Positions 36,809-44,283 of a stretch of 64,000 nucleotides of DNA are shown here, piece after piece. The notes beneath the pieces were generated by a model. It made no database searches and was not told the origin of the DNA. It was given only the letters and a program-made list of their open reading frames with translations. The number at the start of each line of letters is the position of its first letter. Position 1 is the stretch's first letter. A program made the translations under genes and the position numbers. Source of the DNA: Solirubrobacterales bacterium (GTDB taxonomy: Bacteria > Actinomycetota > Thermoleophilia > Solirubrobacterales > Solirubrobacteraceae); the NCBI GenBank assembly GCA_038255395.1, contig JBBSLI010000009.1, positions 26,556 to 90,555 of the forward strand, written 5' to 3'.

Positions 36809-38842
36809 ATGAGGAGCACGCCGGTGTCTCAGTCGTTATCTCGGCACGCACCGCGTGTGCTTCTCGTGCTCGTCGCCGCCGCCCTCATCGCCGCGGCGGC
36901 CCTGTTGCCCGGCGGAGCGGCGGCCGATCAGGCCTCGCAGCCGTCGTCGCCCGAGGCGGGCATGATCGCGACCGGCAACTTCCACAGTTGCGCCGTCATC
37001 GCGGGCACGGTGCGCTGTTGGGGCTACGGCGGTGACGGCGCGCTGGGATACGGAAACACCCAGAGCATCGGCGACAACGAAGACCCCGAGACGGCCGGGC
37101 CCGTCGCGCTCGGCGCGGGACGGACGGCCGTCGCCGTCGCCGCCGGCACGGTCCACACGTGCGCGTTGCTCGACAGCGGAGCGGTGCGCTGCTGGGGCTT
37201 CGCGGGCAACGGGCGGCTCGGCCTCGGCAACCTCGACAACATCGGCGACGACGAGAAGCCCGCTGACGTCCCGCCCGTCAGCTTCGGTCCCGGGCGGACC
37301 GCGAAGGCGATCGCCGCCGGCAACGGTCATACCTGCGCGATCCTCGAGGACGACTCGGTGCGCTGCTGGGGCTTCAACCTCGACGGCCGTCTCGGCCTGG
37401 GCAGTGTCGACAGCGTCGGCGACGACGAGTCGCCCGCCCAGTCCCCGGCGGTCAAGCTCGGCCCCGGCCGGACGGCCAAGGCGATCACCGCCGGCGGCTC
37501 GCACACCTGCGCACTGCTCGACAACGGGGCGGTGCGCTGCTGGGGCTTCGGCGGCGACGGTCGCCTCGGATACGGAAAGATCGCTGACGTGGGTCGGTTC
37601 GAGGACACGACGCCCGACACCGTCGGGCCGGTCAACCTCGGACAGAACGCGACCGCGATCAGCGCGGGCTTCGGGCACGTGTGCGCGATCCTCGCCGACG
37701 CCAGCCTCCGCTGCTGGGGCTTCGCCGGCGACGCCCGGCTCGGTTACGCCAATGCGAGCAGCATCGGGGACGACGAGCAGCCGGTGAGCGCCGGGCCCGT
37801 CAGCGTCGGCGGTCGCGTGAAGGCGATCAGCTCGGGCTTTGAGCACACGTGCGCCGTGCTCGACGGCGGCAGCGTGCGCTGCTGGGGCTTCGGCGCCCTG
37901 GGGAACCTCGGATACGCAAACACCCAGACGATCGGCGACGACGAGGTCCCGTCCTCGGTCGGCCCGATCGGTCTCGGCCGCGCTGCCACGGCGGTCAGCG
38001 CGGGTCAGCGGCACACCTGTGCCCGGCTGGACGACGGGAGCGTCCGCTGCTGGGGCAGCGGCAACAACGGGCGGCTCGGCTACTGCAACGAGATCCGCAT
38101 CGGTGACGACGAGTCGCCGGCATCGGCGGGCCCGGTCGTGTTGGGTCAGCCGGGCATCCCGGGGGACGGCTGCCCGTTCGTTGCGCCGCCACCGCCGCCG
38201 CCGGCGCCACCGGCAGGCGACATCGCCGTGACACCGGTGGCACCTGCGCCGCCACCGCCGGCGGTCGTGCCGGGCCCCGACGGTCTGAGCACCCTCCTCG
38301 CGGCCGAACGCGCTCGCGCTGCGAAGTACAGCTCCTGCCTGCGGTCGGCCAAGAGCCGGTTCACGGCCGATCTGCGCCGGGCGCGGCGGGTCGTCGGCGC
38401 GCGCGGCAGGCTCCAACGGCGGCTGGCCGAAGCGAGCAACAAGCGACGGCGCGCGGCCTGCGTCAAGCGCCACGGTCGCCGGCCCGGACCGGTCAAGGGC
38501 CTGAAGGCCAAGGCGACCGGCCGCGGCAAGGTCAAGCTGTCCTTCACGGTCGCCGGCAGCGACAATGGCAAGGCCCCGGCCGCGCGCGGCTACCTCGTCA
38601 AGCAGTCGCTGAAGCCGATCCGCACCGCGCGCGACTTCAAGCGCGCCGCCGTGCTGTGCAAGGGCCGGTGCGTCCTCTACGGCCTCACGAGCATCGAGGC
38701 GACGGCGGAACTGGAGATCACCGATCTCGTGCCGGGCCGCTTGTATCACTACGCGGTCGCCGCGCGCGACAACGTCTCCTCGCGCGTGGGGCCCCGCTCG
38801 CGGTCAGTCGCCGTGCGCGCCCTACGAAAGGCAACGACATGA
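36809..38842 (+). CDS. secreted 7-bladed RCC1-repeat beta-propeller protein with a Pro-rich stalk and an FN3-like C-terminal domain (paralog b)
   Basis: 677 aa with the same architecture as 9684-11744: seven RCWG...G.LG repeats, PPPPPPAPPAG, and APAARGYLVKQSLKPIRTARDFKRAAVLCKGRC...YHYAVAARDNV. Confidence 0.8.
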   Translation: MRSTPVSQSLSRHAPRVLLVLVAAALIAAAALLPGGAAADQASQPSSPEAGMIATGNFHSCAVIAGTVRCWGYGGDGALGYGNTQSIGDNEDPETAGPVALGAGRTAVAVAAGTVHTCALLDSGAVRCWGFAGNGRLGLGNLDNIGDDEKPADVPPVSFGPGRTAKAIAAGNGHTCAILEDDSVRCWGFNLDGRLGLGSVDSVGDDESPAQSPAVKLGPGRTAKAITAGGSHTCALLDNGAVRCWGFGGDGRLGYGKIADVGRFEDTTPDTVGPVNLGQNATAISAGFGHVCAILADASLRCWGFAGDARLGYANASSIGDDEQPVSAGPVSVGGRVKAISSGFEHTCAVLDGGSVRCWGFGALGNLGYANTQTIGDDEVPSSVGPIGLGRAATAVSAGQRHTCARLDDGSVRCWGSGNNGRLGYCNEIRIGDDESPASAGPVVLGQPGIPGDGCPFVAPPPPPPAPPAGDIAVTPVAPAPPPPAVVPGPDGLSTLLAAERARAAKYSSCLRSAKSRFTADLRRARRVVGARGRLQRRLAEASNKRRRAACVKRHGRRPGPVKGLKAKATGRGKVKLSFTVAGSDNGKAPAARGYLVKQSLKPIRTARDFKRAAVLCKGRCVLYGLTSIEATAELEITDLVPGRLYHYAVAARDNVSSRVGPRSRSVAVRALRKATT

Positions 38843-41376
38843 ACTGGATCCGCTCATTTGTGGCCGTGTGCGCGCTCGCGCTCGGCCTGCCCCTGAGCGC
38901 CCAGGCAGCCACGCAGGTGATCGTCGGGAACTGCTGGGCGGTCGGCCCCCCGCTGTGTTCCGCGGCAGCCAACCCGCGTCCGTTGACGATCTACATCGCC
39001 GACTCCGGTTCGCTGCAGGCCAAGCGCGGAGAGCAGTTCTCTGTCAGCGGCGTGCCGGCCACTGCTGCGGTGACGGGCATGTTCTTCGGCAGCAGCACCG
39101 CTCCGGCGGCGAACTTCTGGCACCTGCGGGTCAAGGGAGCACCGGCCGCCGACGTGACGTTCGGTCCTCGCGACAGCGAGGTGACGACGGTCTCCAACTC
39201 GCCGGTCACGGGTGACTGGACAGTCGCGTCGCCGGCGCGCGTCGACACCGTCACCCAGATCCGGCACAACGGCGTGAACCTCTTCGAGGTCACGCAGACG
39301 GTCCTCTACGTCGCTCCCGAGCTGCGCTACCGCGTCATCTGGCGGGTCCGCAACATCGACCCCCAGAATCGCACGATCCCGTTCGTCTTCGGGACCTCCG
39401 CGGACCTCTTCATCGAGAGCGACGCCAGCCGCGGCCTGTTCGCCGACGGCCCCAGCCGCTTCGTCGGCGGGACGAACGCCCGGTCACTGACGACCGGAGG
39501 TCTTCAGGAGGCGACCGCGTCACAGCTGCCCGGCGAGGCCGGCGCGACGCCGGTCCCGCGGTGGGCGAGCTACGAGGAGGGCGATCCCTTCGGCGTCATC
39601 CGCCGCCTGGGCAACGGCGACGCGTTCCTCAACACGATCAATCCGGCGAACCTGGACAACGGCGTCGGCGTGAGCTTCGACGATCGGGCCACGGCCGGCC
39701 TCGCGCCCGGCGCCACCGCGCGCTACGAGGCGATCTGGCACGTCACGCGGCCGACGCCGCTGAGCGCCTCGCCGCAGATCGCGACGAAGGAGCTGCCCGG
39801 CTCGCACACCGTGACGCTGTCGCTCGTCGACCCGAGCTTCAACCCCGTCTCCGGCGCGACCGTGCGCTACCGCCGAACCGGCGTCAACGCCGTCGGCGCG
39901 CAGAGCGTGACGACGAACGCGCAAGGGCTCGCGCAGGTCACCTGGGGCGGCACGACCGCCGGCGTCGACACGCTGCTGGCCTGGATCGACACGAACGGCG
40001 ACAGCGTGCAGGATCCCGACGAGCCCGCGGCCTCGGCGACCGTGCGCTGGCTGGCCGACAACCACGTCGCGGGTCCGCCGACGGTGACGCCCCCGGCGGG
40101 CGTGACGCCGACCGTCCAGGCCAACCCGGAGAACGGCGAGGCGCCGACGTTCCAGTTCGATCAGGCGCAGACCGCGTCGGCGGGCTTCGCCGCCTGCACC
40201 TTCGATCAGCGGACGGGCCGCAACGTCAACCTGCCCGTGTCGGCGACGCTGCAGGCCGGCGCCGGCACGATCAGCGATGCCCGGCTGTTCTTGCTCGACC
40301 GCACGCGTCACAACCCCAACGACCTCGGCACGCCGCTGCCGGCCGCGGCGCTCGCCGACGGCACCGCGCAGCAGACCGGCGCTGCGTACGCCTTCACGGT
40401 GCCGTGTCTGGTCAGCGGCGACATGTGGCTGCAGTTCACGCTCACGGAGGGCACCGCGACGCAGACGTTCCGCGTGCCGATCGGCGGGCTGCAGCTCATC
40501 GACCCGCAGGGCGTCGTCTACGACGGCGCTCGCTACGACGCCGCGATCGCCGCCGGCAGCACGCCGGCGCAGGCCCGGGCCGCCGCCGCCATCGCGGGTG
40601 CCACCGCGCGCCTGCAGCGACTGACACCCGGCGGGTTCGTCAACGTCCTGTCGGGTGATCCCGGCATCACGCCGAACGTCAACCCGCAGACCACGGGCGC
40701 CAGCGGCATCTTCCAATGGGATGTCTCGCCGGGCACGTACCGCGTGCTTGTGAGCGCGCCCGGATGCGAGTCTGCGATCGGCGGTCCGGTCGACATCCCG
40801 CCGCCGGCACTCGACGTGCATGTCCGGCTGGATTGCGGTCCAGGCGGCGGCGGTGGCGCTTTGAGCGGCGGCGCTGGTGGTGGCGCTTCAGGCGGCGGCG
40901 GATCGGCCGGTGGCGGCGGCAGCACCACCGACAGCACCACCGACAGCACCGCCCCACGCCTTTTCGCGCTGAAGCTCGCGCCGGACACGTTCAGGGTGTC
41001 GTCCGTACGGGCGGCCCCGGCGACCGCCAGGCCCGGAAGGCGGGCCGCGCTCGGATCGAAGATCACGTTCCGGCTCAGCGAGCGCGCAACCGTCGTGCTG
41101 CGGATTGAGCGCAGGACGTCGGGACGCCGCGTGGGAGCGACGTGCGCCGCGCGCAAGCGCGCCAATCGCGCCGGCAGGCCGTGTGCGCGGTATGTCCTCG
41201 TCGGGACGCTGAAGCGCGGGAACCTCGCGGCCGGAATCCATCGTCTCGCGTTCAGCGGCCGGCTGCAAGCCAAGGAGCTCGCGACGGGCCGCTACCGCGT
41301 GCTCGCCGTGGCGACGGACTCGGCCGCAAACAGCGGCGAGCCGCGTACGGCGCCCTTCAGCATCGTCCGACGCTGA
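38839..41376 (+). CDS. large secreted Ig-like/adhesin-like protein sharing the Arg-rich C-terminal module
   Basis: ATG at 38839 (ATGA overlap). It has a signal peptide MNWIRSFVAVCALALGLPLSAQA, a Big-1/invasin-like segment (HTVTLSLVDPSFNPVSGATVRYRRTG...AQGLAQVTW), a CarboxypepD_reg-like segment (GIFQWDVSPGTYRVLVSAPGC), a Gly/Ser linker, and the C-terminal SKITFRLSERATVVLRIERRTSGRRVGATC...YRVLAVATDSAANSG. Confidence 0.7.
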   Translation: MNWIRSFVAVCALALGLPLSAQAATQVIVGNCWAVGPPLCSAAANPRPLTIYIADSGSLQAKRGEQFSVSGVPATAAVTGMFFGSSTAPAANFWHLRVKGAPAADVTFGPRDSEVTTVSNSPVTGDWTVASPARVDTVTQIRHNGVNLFEVTQTVLYVAPELRYRVIWRVRNIDPQNRTIPFVFGTSADLFIESDASRGLFADGPSRFVGGTNARSLTTGGLQEATASQLPGEAGATPVPRWASYEEGDPFGVIRRLGNGDAFLNTINPANLDNGVGVSFDDRATAGLAPGATARYEAIWHVTRPTPLSASPQIATKELPGSHTVTLSLVDPSFNPVSGATVRYRRTGVNAVGAQSVTTNAQGLAQVTWGGTTAGVDTLLAWIDTNGDSVQDPDEPAASATVRWLADNHVAGPPTVTPPAGVTPTVQANPENGEAPTFQFDQAQTASAGFAACTFDQRTGRNVNLPVSATLQAGAGTISDARLFLLDRTRHNPNDLGTPLPAAALADGTAQQTGAAYAFTVPCLVSGDMWLQFTLTEGTATQTFRVPIGGLQLIDPQGVVYDGARYDAAIAAGSTPAQARAAAAIAGATARLQRLTPGGFVNVLSGDPGITPNVNPQTTGASGIFQWDVSPGTYRVLVSAPGCESAIGGPVDIPPPALDVHVRLDCGPGGGGGALSGGAGGGASGGGGSAGGGGSTTDSTTDSTAPRLFALKLAPDTFRVSSVRAAPATARPGRRAALGSKITFRLSERATVVLRIERRTSGRRVGATCAARKRANRAGRPCARYVLVGTLKRGNLAAGIHRLAFSGRLQAKELATGRYRVLAVATDSAANSGEPRTAPFSIVRR

Positions 41377-41506
41377 TCCCGACGACGGGCCGGGGGTGCG
41401 GTTGGGCTCCCAAGAGGGCCGCCGCCGCGGGGTGAACGCGGCGACGTCAGCCGAGGACGCAGCGTCGGGTCGGCGCTGCTGCGCGTGCTGGGCGACATGT
41501 AGCGGC

Positions 41507-41815
41507 TCAGCCCGCCGCGCGACCCGGGGCGAGCAGGCTGACGTCCCGGAACTCAAGTCCGGCGGCAGCGCGATAGGGCGCGGTGCGCTCGCACAGGTCG
41601 CTGAGCGGGGCTTCGATCCGGCTCGGGCAGCGTGGCGAGGATCTGCGCCAGCGGCCCGGCGAGCGCCGGCGTTCTGGACCACCAGTCCTCGAAGGAGACC
41701 GACCGCAGCGGCACGGCGACGTCGCGCACGCCGGCGTCCGCGGGTGCCGCGTCGTGCATCAGTGCGTCGAGATGCTCGGCGTCCTGCAGCGAGAACGGTC
41801 CGGGAACGCTGGGAG
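41507..41815 (-). pseudogene. C-terminal remnant of a SAM-dependent methyltransferase, with a frameshift
   Basis: [57 protein letters not shown], then after a frame change near 41615 [35 protein letters not shown]-stop (41507). No N-terminal SAM-binding half is present. Confidence 0.55.
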
Positions 41816-41819
41816 GTGG

Positions 41820-42051
41820 CACGGGCCAACGGCATCGGCGTGCTGCTGGACTGGGAGCCGGCGCACTTCCCGCGCGACTCCTGGGCACTCCGACTGGGGC
41901 ACGTTCGTGTTCAACTACGGGCGCAACGAGGTCAAGAACTTCCTGCTCGCCAACGCGCTGTTCTGGGCGCGCGAGTTCCACGCCCGGGGTCATCAGCGCG
42001 GCCGAGGAGTCGGCGGCGTGGCCGGGAGTCTCGCGGCCGACGTACCTCGGC
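41820..42051 (+). pseudogene. glgB: second, internally deleted glgB remnant
   Basis: Matches glgB from about 18900 ([15 protein letters not shown]), then skips to about 19020 ([29 protein letters not shown]), then skips to about 19270 ([21 protein letters not shown]). At least two internal deletions. Confidence 0.75.
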
Positions 42052-42107
42052 CACTTGGTTGCTCCAGATGACCTCGGCTGACCCGATGGACATCGCGCGC
42101 GCCGGTG

Positions 42108-42720
42108 TCAGCTCGTGACGCGCACGGTGCGCACGAACGACGTCGGCAGGGCGTAGCGGTTGCCGCCGTAGCGTGCCCTCAGGCGCAGCGTCTTGGCGCC
42201 GCCGAGCTTCGTTCGCCGGACCTTGAAGGTGTGGGTCCAACGACAGCGCGCGTCGAGGCGGACCGTGCGCTTGCCGACCGTCTTGGACCTGCGCAGCAGC
42301 CGCAGCGAGACGCTGCCCGTGCAGGCCTGGCGCATGGAGACGCCGGCCGGGCGCTGGATGGTGATCACGCCATCGGCCTTGATGGACACGAACACGGACG
42401 GCCTGGTTGCGGTGACCGGCTCGCTGCGCGCGGTGCCGGTCCCGGCGGGGTTGGATACGGTGACCTCGCAGACGAGCATGTGCTTGACGTCCTTCGCGAC
42501 GACCTTGTACTTCGTGGCGGCGGCGACCTTCGTGCCGTCGCGCTTCCAGCTGTAGCCGAACGTCATCGGCGCGATGCCCGTCCAGACGCCGGCGGCGCAG
42601 GTCAGCGACTTGCCGAGCAGGGGGTCCCGATGATCCTCGGCGCCAGGCTGTTGCGCGGGGCGCACGTCGGGCACGGTGCGGCGGGCTGGCCAATGACCGT
42701 CGTCTCCGCGCTGCAGGCCC
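42108..42720 (-). pseudogene. 5'-truncated, frameshifted paralog of the Ig-like repeat gene
   Basis: LTCAAGVWTGIAPMTFGYSWKRDGTKV...LVCEVTVSN...RTVRLDARCRWTHTFKVRRTKLG...RYGGNRYALPTSFVRTVRV parallels the C-terminus of 31052-32428. The upstream PCPTCAPRNSLAP lies in another frame (ORF 42602-42808). Confidence 0.65.
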
Positions 42721-42729
42721 TGGGCGGAA

Positions 42730-43263
42730 GGGCTGAACAGCAACCGCCCCGGCGAGTTCGCCCGTGCGTGGCGCCACACGTACGACATCTTCGCAGCCGA
42801 GGGCGCAACGAACGTGAGCTGGGTCTGGGCGCCGGTCACAGGCGGCGTCGTGCGCGGCCAGTACCCGGGCGTCCGCTACGTCGACATCGTCGGGCTGTCG
42901 GGCTTCATCGGCGGCACCGTCCTGAACTGGGGCGGATGGCGCACGTTCACCGACGCGTTCGATGCCCCGATGCACGAGCTGCGCCAGATCGCGCCCGACA
43001 AGCCCGTCCAGATCAGCGAGGTGGGGACCGCGAAGGAGGGCGGCAGCAAGCCGCTGTGGATCAAGGAGATGTTCGACTATGTCATCGCGCACCCCGACAT
43101 CAACGCGGTCCTCTGGTTCGATCTCCCCAAGCAGACCGACTGGCGCGTCGCGACGTCGCGCAGCGCTACCCGGGCCTTTGCCGAAGGTGTCTCGCGCATG
43201 CAGGGCACGACCACGCCGGTGCCGGTGCCCGCACCGGCGCTGTCGTCGCGCCGCCCGCGGTAG
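42730..43263 (+). pseudogene. C-terminal half of a GH26-like glycoside hydrolase (N-terminal half missing)
   Basis: NRPGEFARAWRHTYDIFAAEGATNVSWVWAPV...YPGVRYVDIVGLSGF...KPVQISEVGTAKEGGSKPLWIKEMF...AVLWFD...DWRV. An in-frame stop lies at 42694 and no upstream catalytic half is present. Confidence 0.55.
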
Positions 43264-43346
43264 CTGCGCCGCTGCCCGCCGACGTCCTGCGCCGCCGCCC
43301 GCCCGCCCCTGTCCTTCTCGCAGCGACGGCATCCACCTGCCCGGTG

Positions 43347-43739
43347 TCAGTCCCTGAGCAGCTTGAGATCCAGCGGCTCGAGCACCTCGGCGATGCGTTC
43401 GAAATCGCGGTCGCGCGTCCACAGGGCCGCGCGACCCGAGGCGGCTGCGGCGATCAGGACATCGTACAACGCGACGGTACGGCCCTGGTCGCGCAGCAGA
43501 GCGGCGGCGTCGCCGGCGGCGAAGTAGTCGGCGCGGTCGAGATCTGCCCACGGCATCGCACTGAAGAGCTCCCACAGTCGCATGCGCTCGCCTGGCTGCT
43601 CCCCGGCCAGCAGCTCGGCGGCGACCGGGCCGCACATCAGGACGTCGCGGGCGGCGAGCCGCTCGTCCAACGCATCGACGGCCGCGCTCGGCCGGCCGCG
43701 CAGGTAGTCGATCCACAACGACGAGTCGACGAGGATCAT
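43347..43739 (-). CDS. vapC: PIN-domain ribonuclease toxin VapC
   Basis: 130 aa: MILVDSSLWIDYLRG...GPVAAELLAG...DVLIAAAA...LWTRDRDFERI (the PIN acidic residues D5, E, D, D are present). ATGA overlap with vapB. Confidence 0.85.
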   Translation of the reverse strand: MILVDSSLWIDYLRGRPSAAVDALDERLAARDVLMCGPVAAELLAGEQPGERMRLWELFSAMPWADLDRADYFAAGDAAALLRDQGRTVALYDVLIAAAASGRAALWTRDRDFERIAEVLEPLDLKLLRD

Positions 43740-44029
43740 GCCCCGGCCCGTTGTTCGCGCCCGCGGCGCTCCTGTCGCTCGATGTCGAGGCGGCGATTCT
43801 CGACCGAGACGTCGACGATGTCGGGGCGCGAGCCGCGCAGCCCGCGCAGGCTCTCGTACACGTCCTGCGTGACGAAGTGATCGATTGCGCGCTCGATCGC
43901 CTTCGTCTTGGACAGCCCGGGGCTGCGTGCCATCAGCGCCTCGAGCAGGCGGTCGTCGATGTCGAGTGTGGTACGTATGGCAGAGAGTCTGGCAGATGGC
44001 AGATCGGGCCACAAACGTCGAGGACGCAA
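43736..44029 (-). CDS. vapB: VapB-type antitoxin (DUF2191-like); start uncertain
   Basis: Contains IRTTLDIDDRLLEALMARSPGLSKTKAIERAI. The family normally starts MRTTLDIDD, but here that codon is ATA, and the only upstream in-frame start in the ORF track is TTG at 44029. Confidence 0.7.
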   Translation of the reverse strand: MRPRRLWPDLPSARLSAIRTTLDIDDRLLEALMARSPGLSKTKAIERAIDHFVTQDVYESLRGLRGSRPDIVDVSVENRRLDIERQERRGREQRAGA

Positions 44030-44088
44030 CGCACAGGACAGCTATCCGACAGGCCAGGCCGCGTGCCCTCGTGGCGGTCGCCGCGTCC

Positions 44089-44195
44089 TGCGTGAACAAG
44101 CGCCGAGCAGCTCCGTCGTGCGGCCGCGGTCGGCGCTCGTTCACGCCTGGCGTGCAGGAGCGCTGACCGGGCTCGACGGAGTGATCGATAGGGCG
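44089..44195. repeat. REP-like structured intergenic repeat, copy C
   Basis: GCGTGAACAAGCGCCGA (44089-44105) pairs 16/17 with TCGGCGCTCGTTCACGC (44129-44145). This is followed by CACGCCTGGCGTGCAGGAGCGCTGACCGGGCT, as in copy B. Confidence 0.7.
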
Positions 44196-44204
44196 TCGCA
44201 GCCC

Positions 44205-44283
44205 CAGGCGCCCGGGCCGCGCAGCACGGCGGCGCCATCGCCCGCGGCGAAGTCGGCGCGGTCGCGCCGGCCGTTCGCGGATG
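44205..44283 (-). pseudogene. short remnant of a second vapC-like PIN gene
   Basis: The minus-strand frame gives SANGRRDRADFAAGDGAAVLRGPGAWG, comparable to vapC DLDRADYFAAGDAAALLRDQG. The nucleotide similarity to 43488-43550 is visible by eye. No start or stop context. Confidence 0.35.

Noticed and set aside
29797-44283. A prophage, integrative element or IS-mediated island explaining the duplications and fragments
   Set aside because: I could not recognise any integrase, transposase, recombinase, phage structural gene, tRNA attachment site or clean terminal direct repeat. The decay and duplication pattern is reported instead without assigning a mobile-element class.
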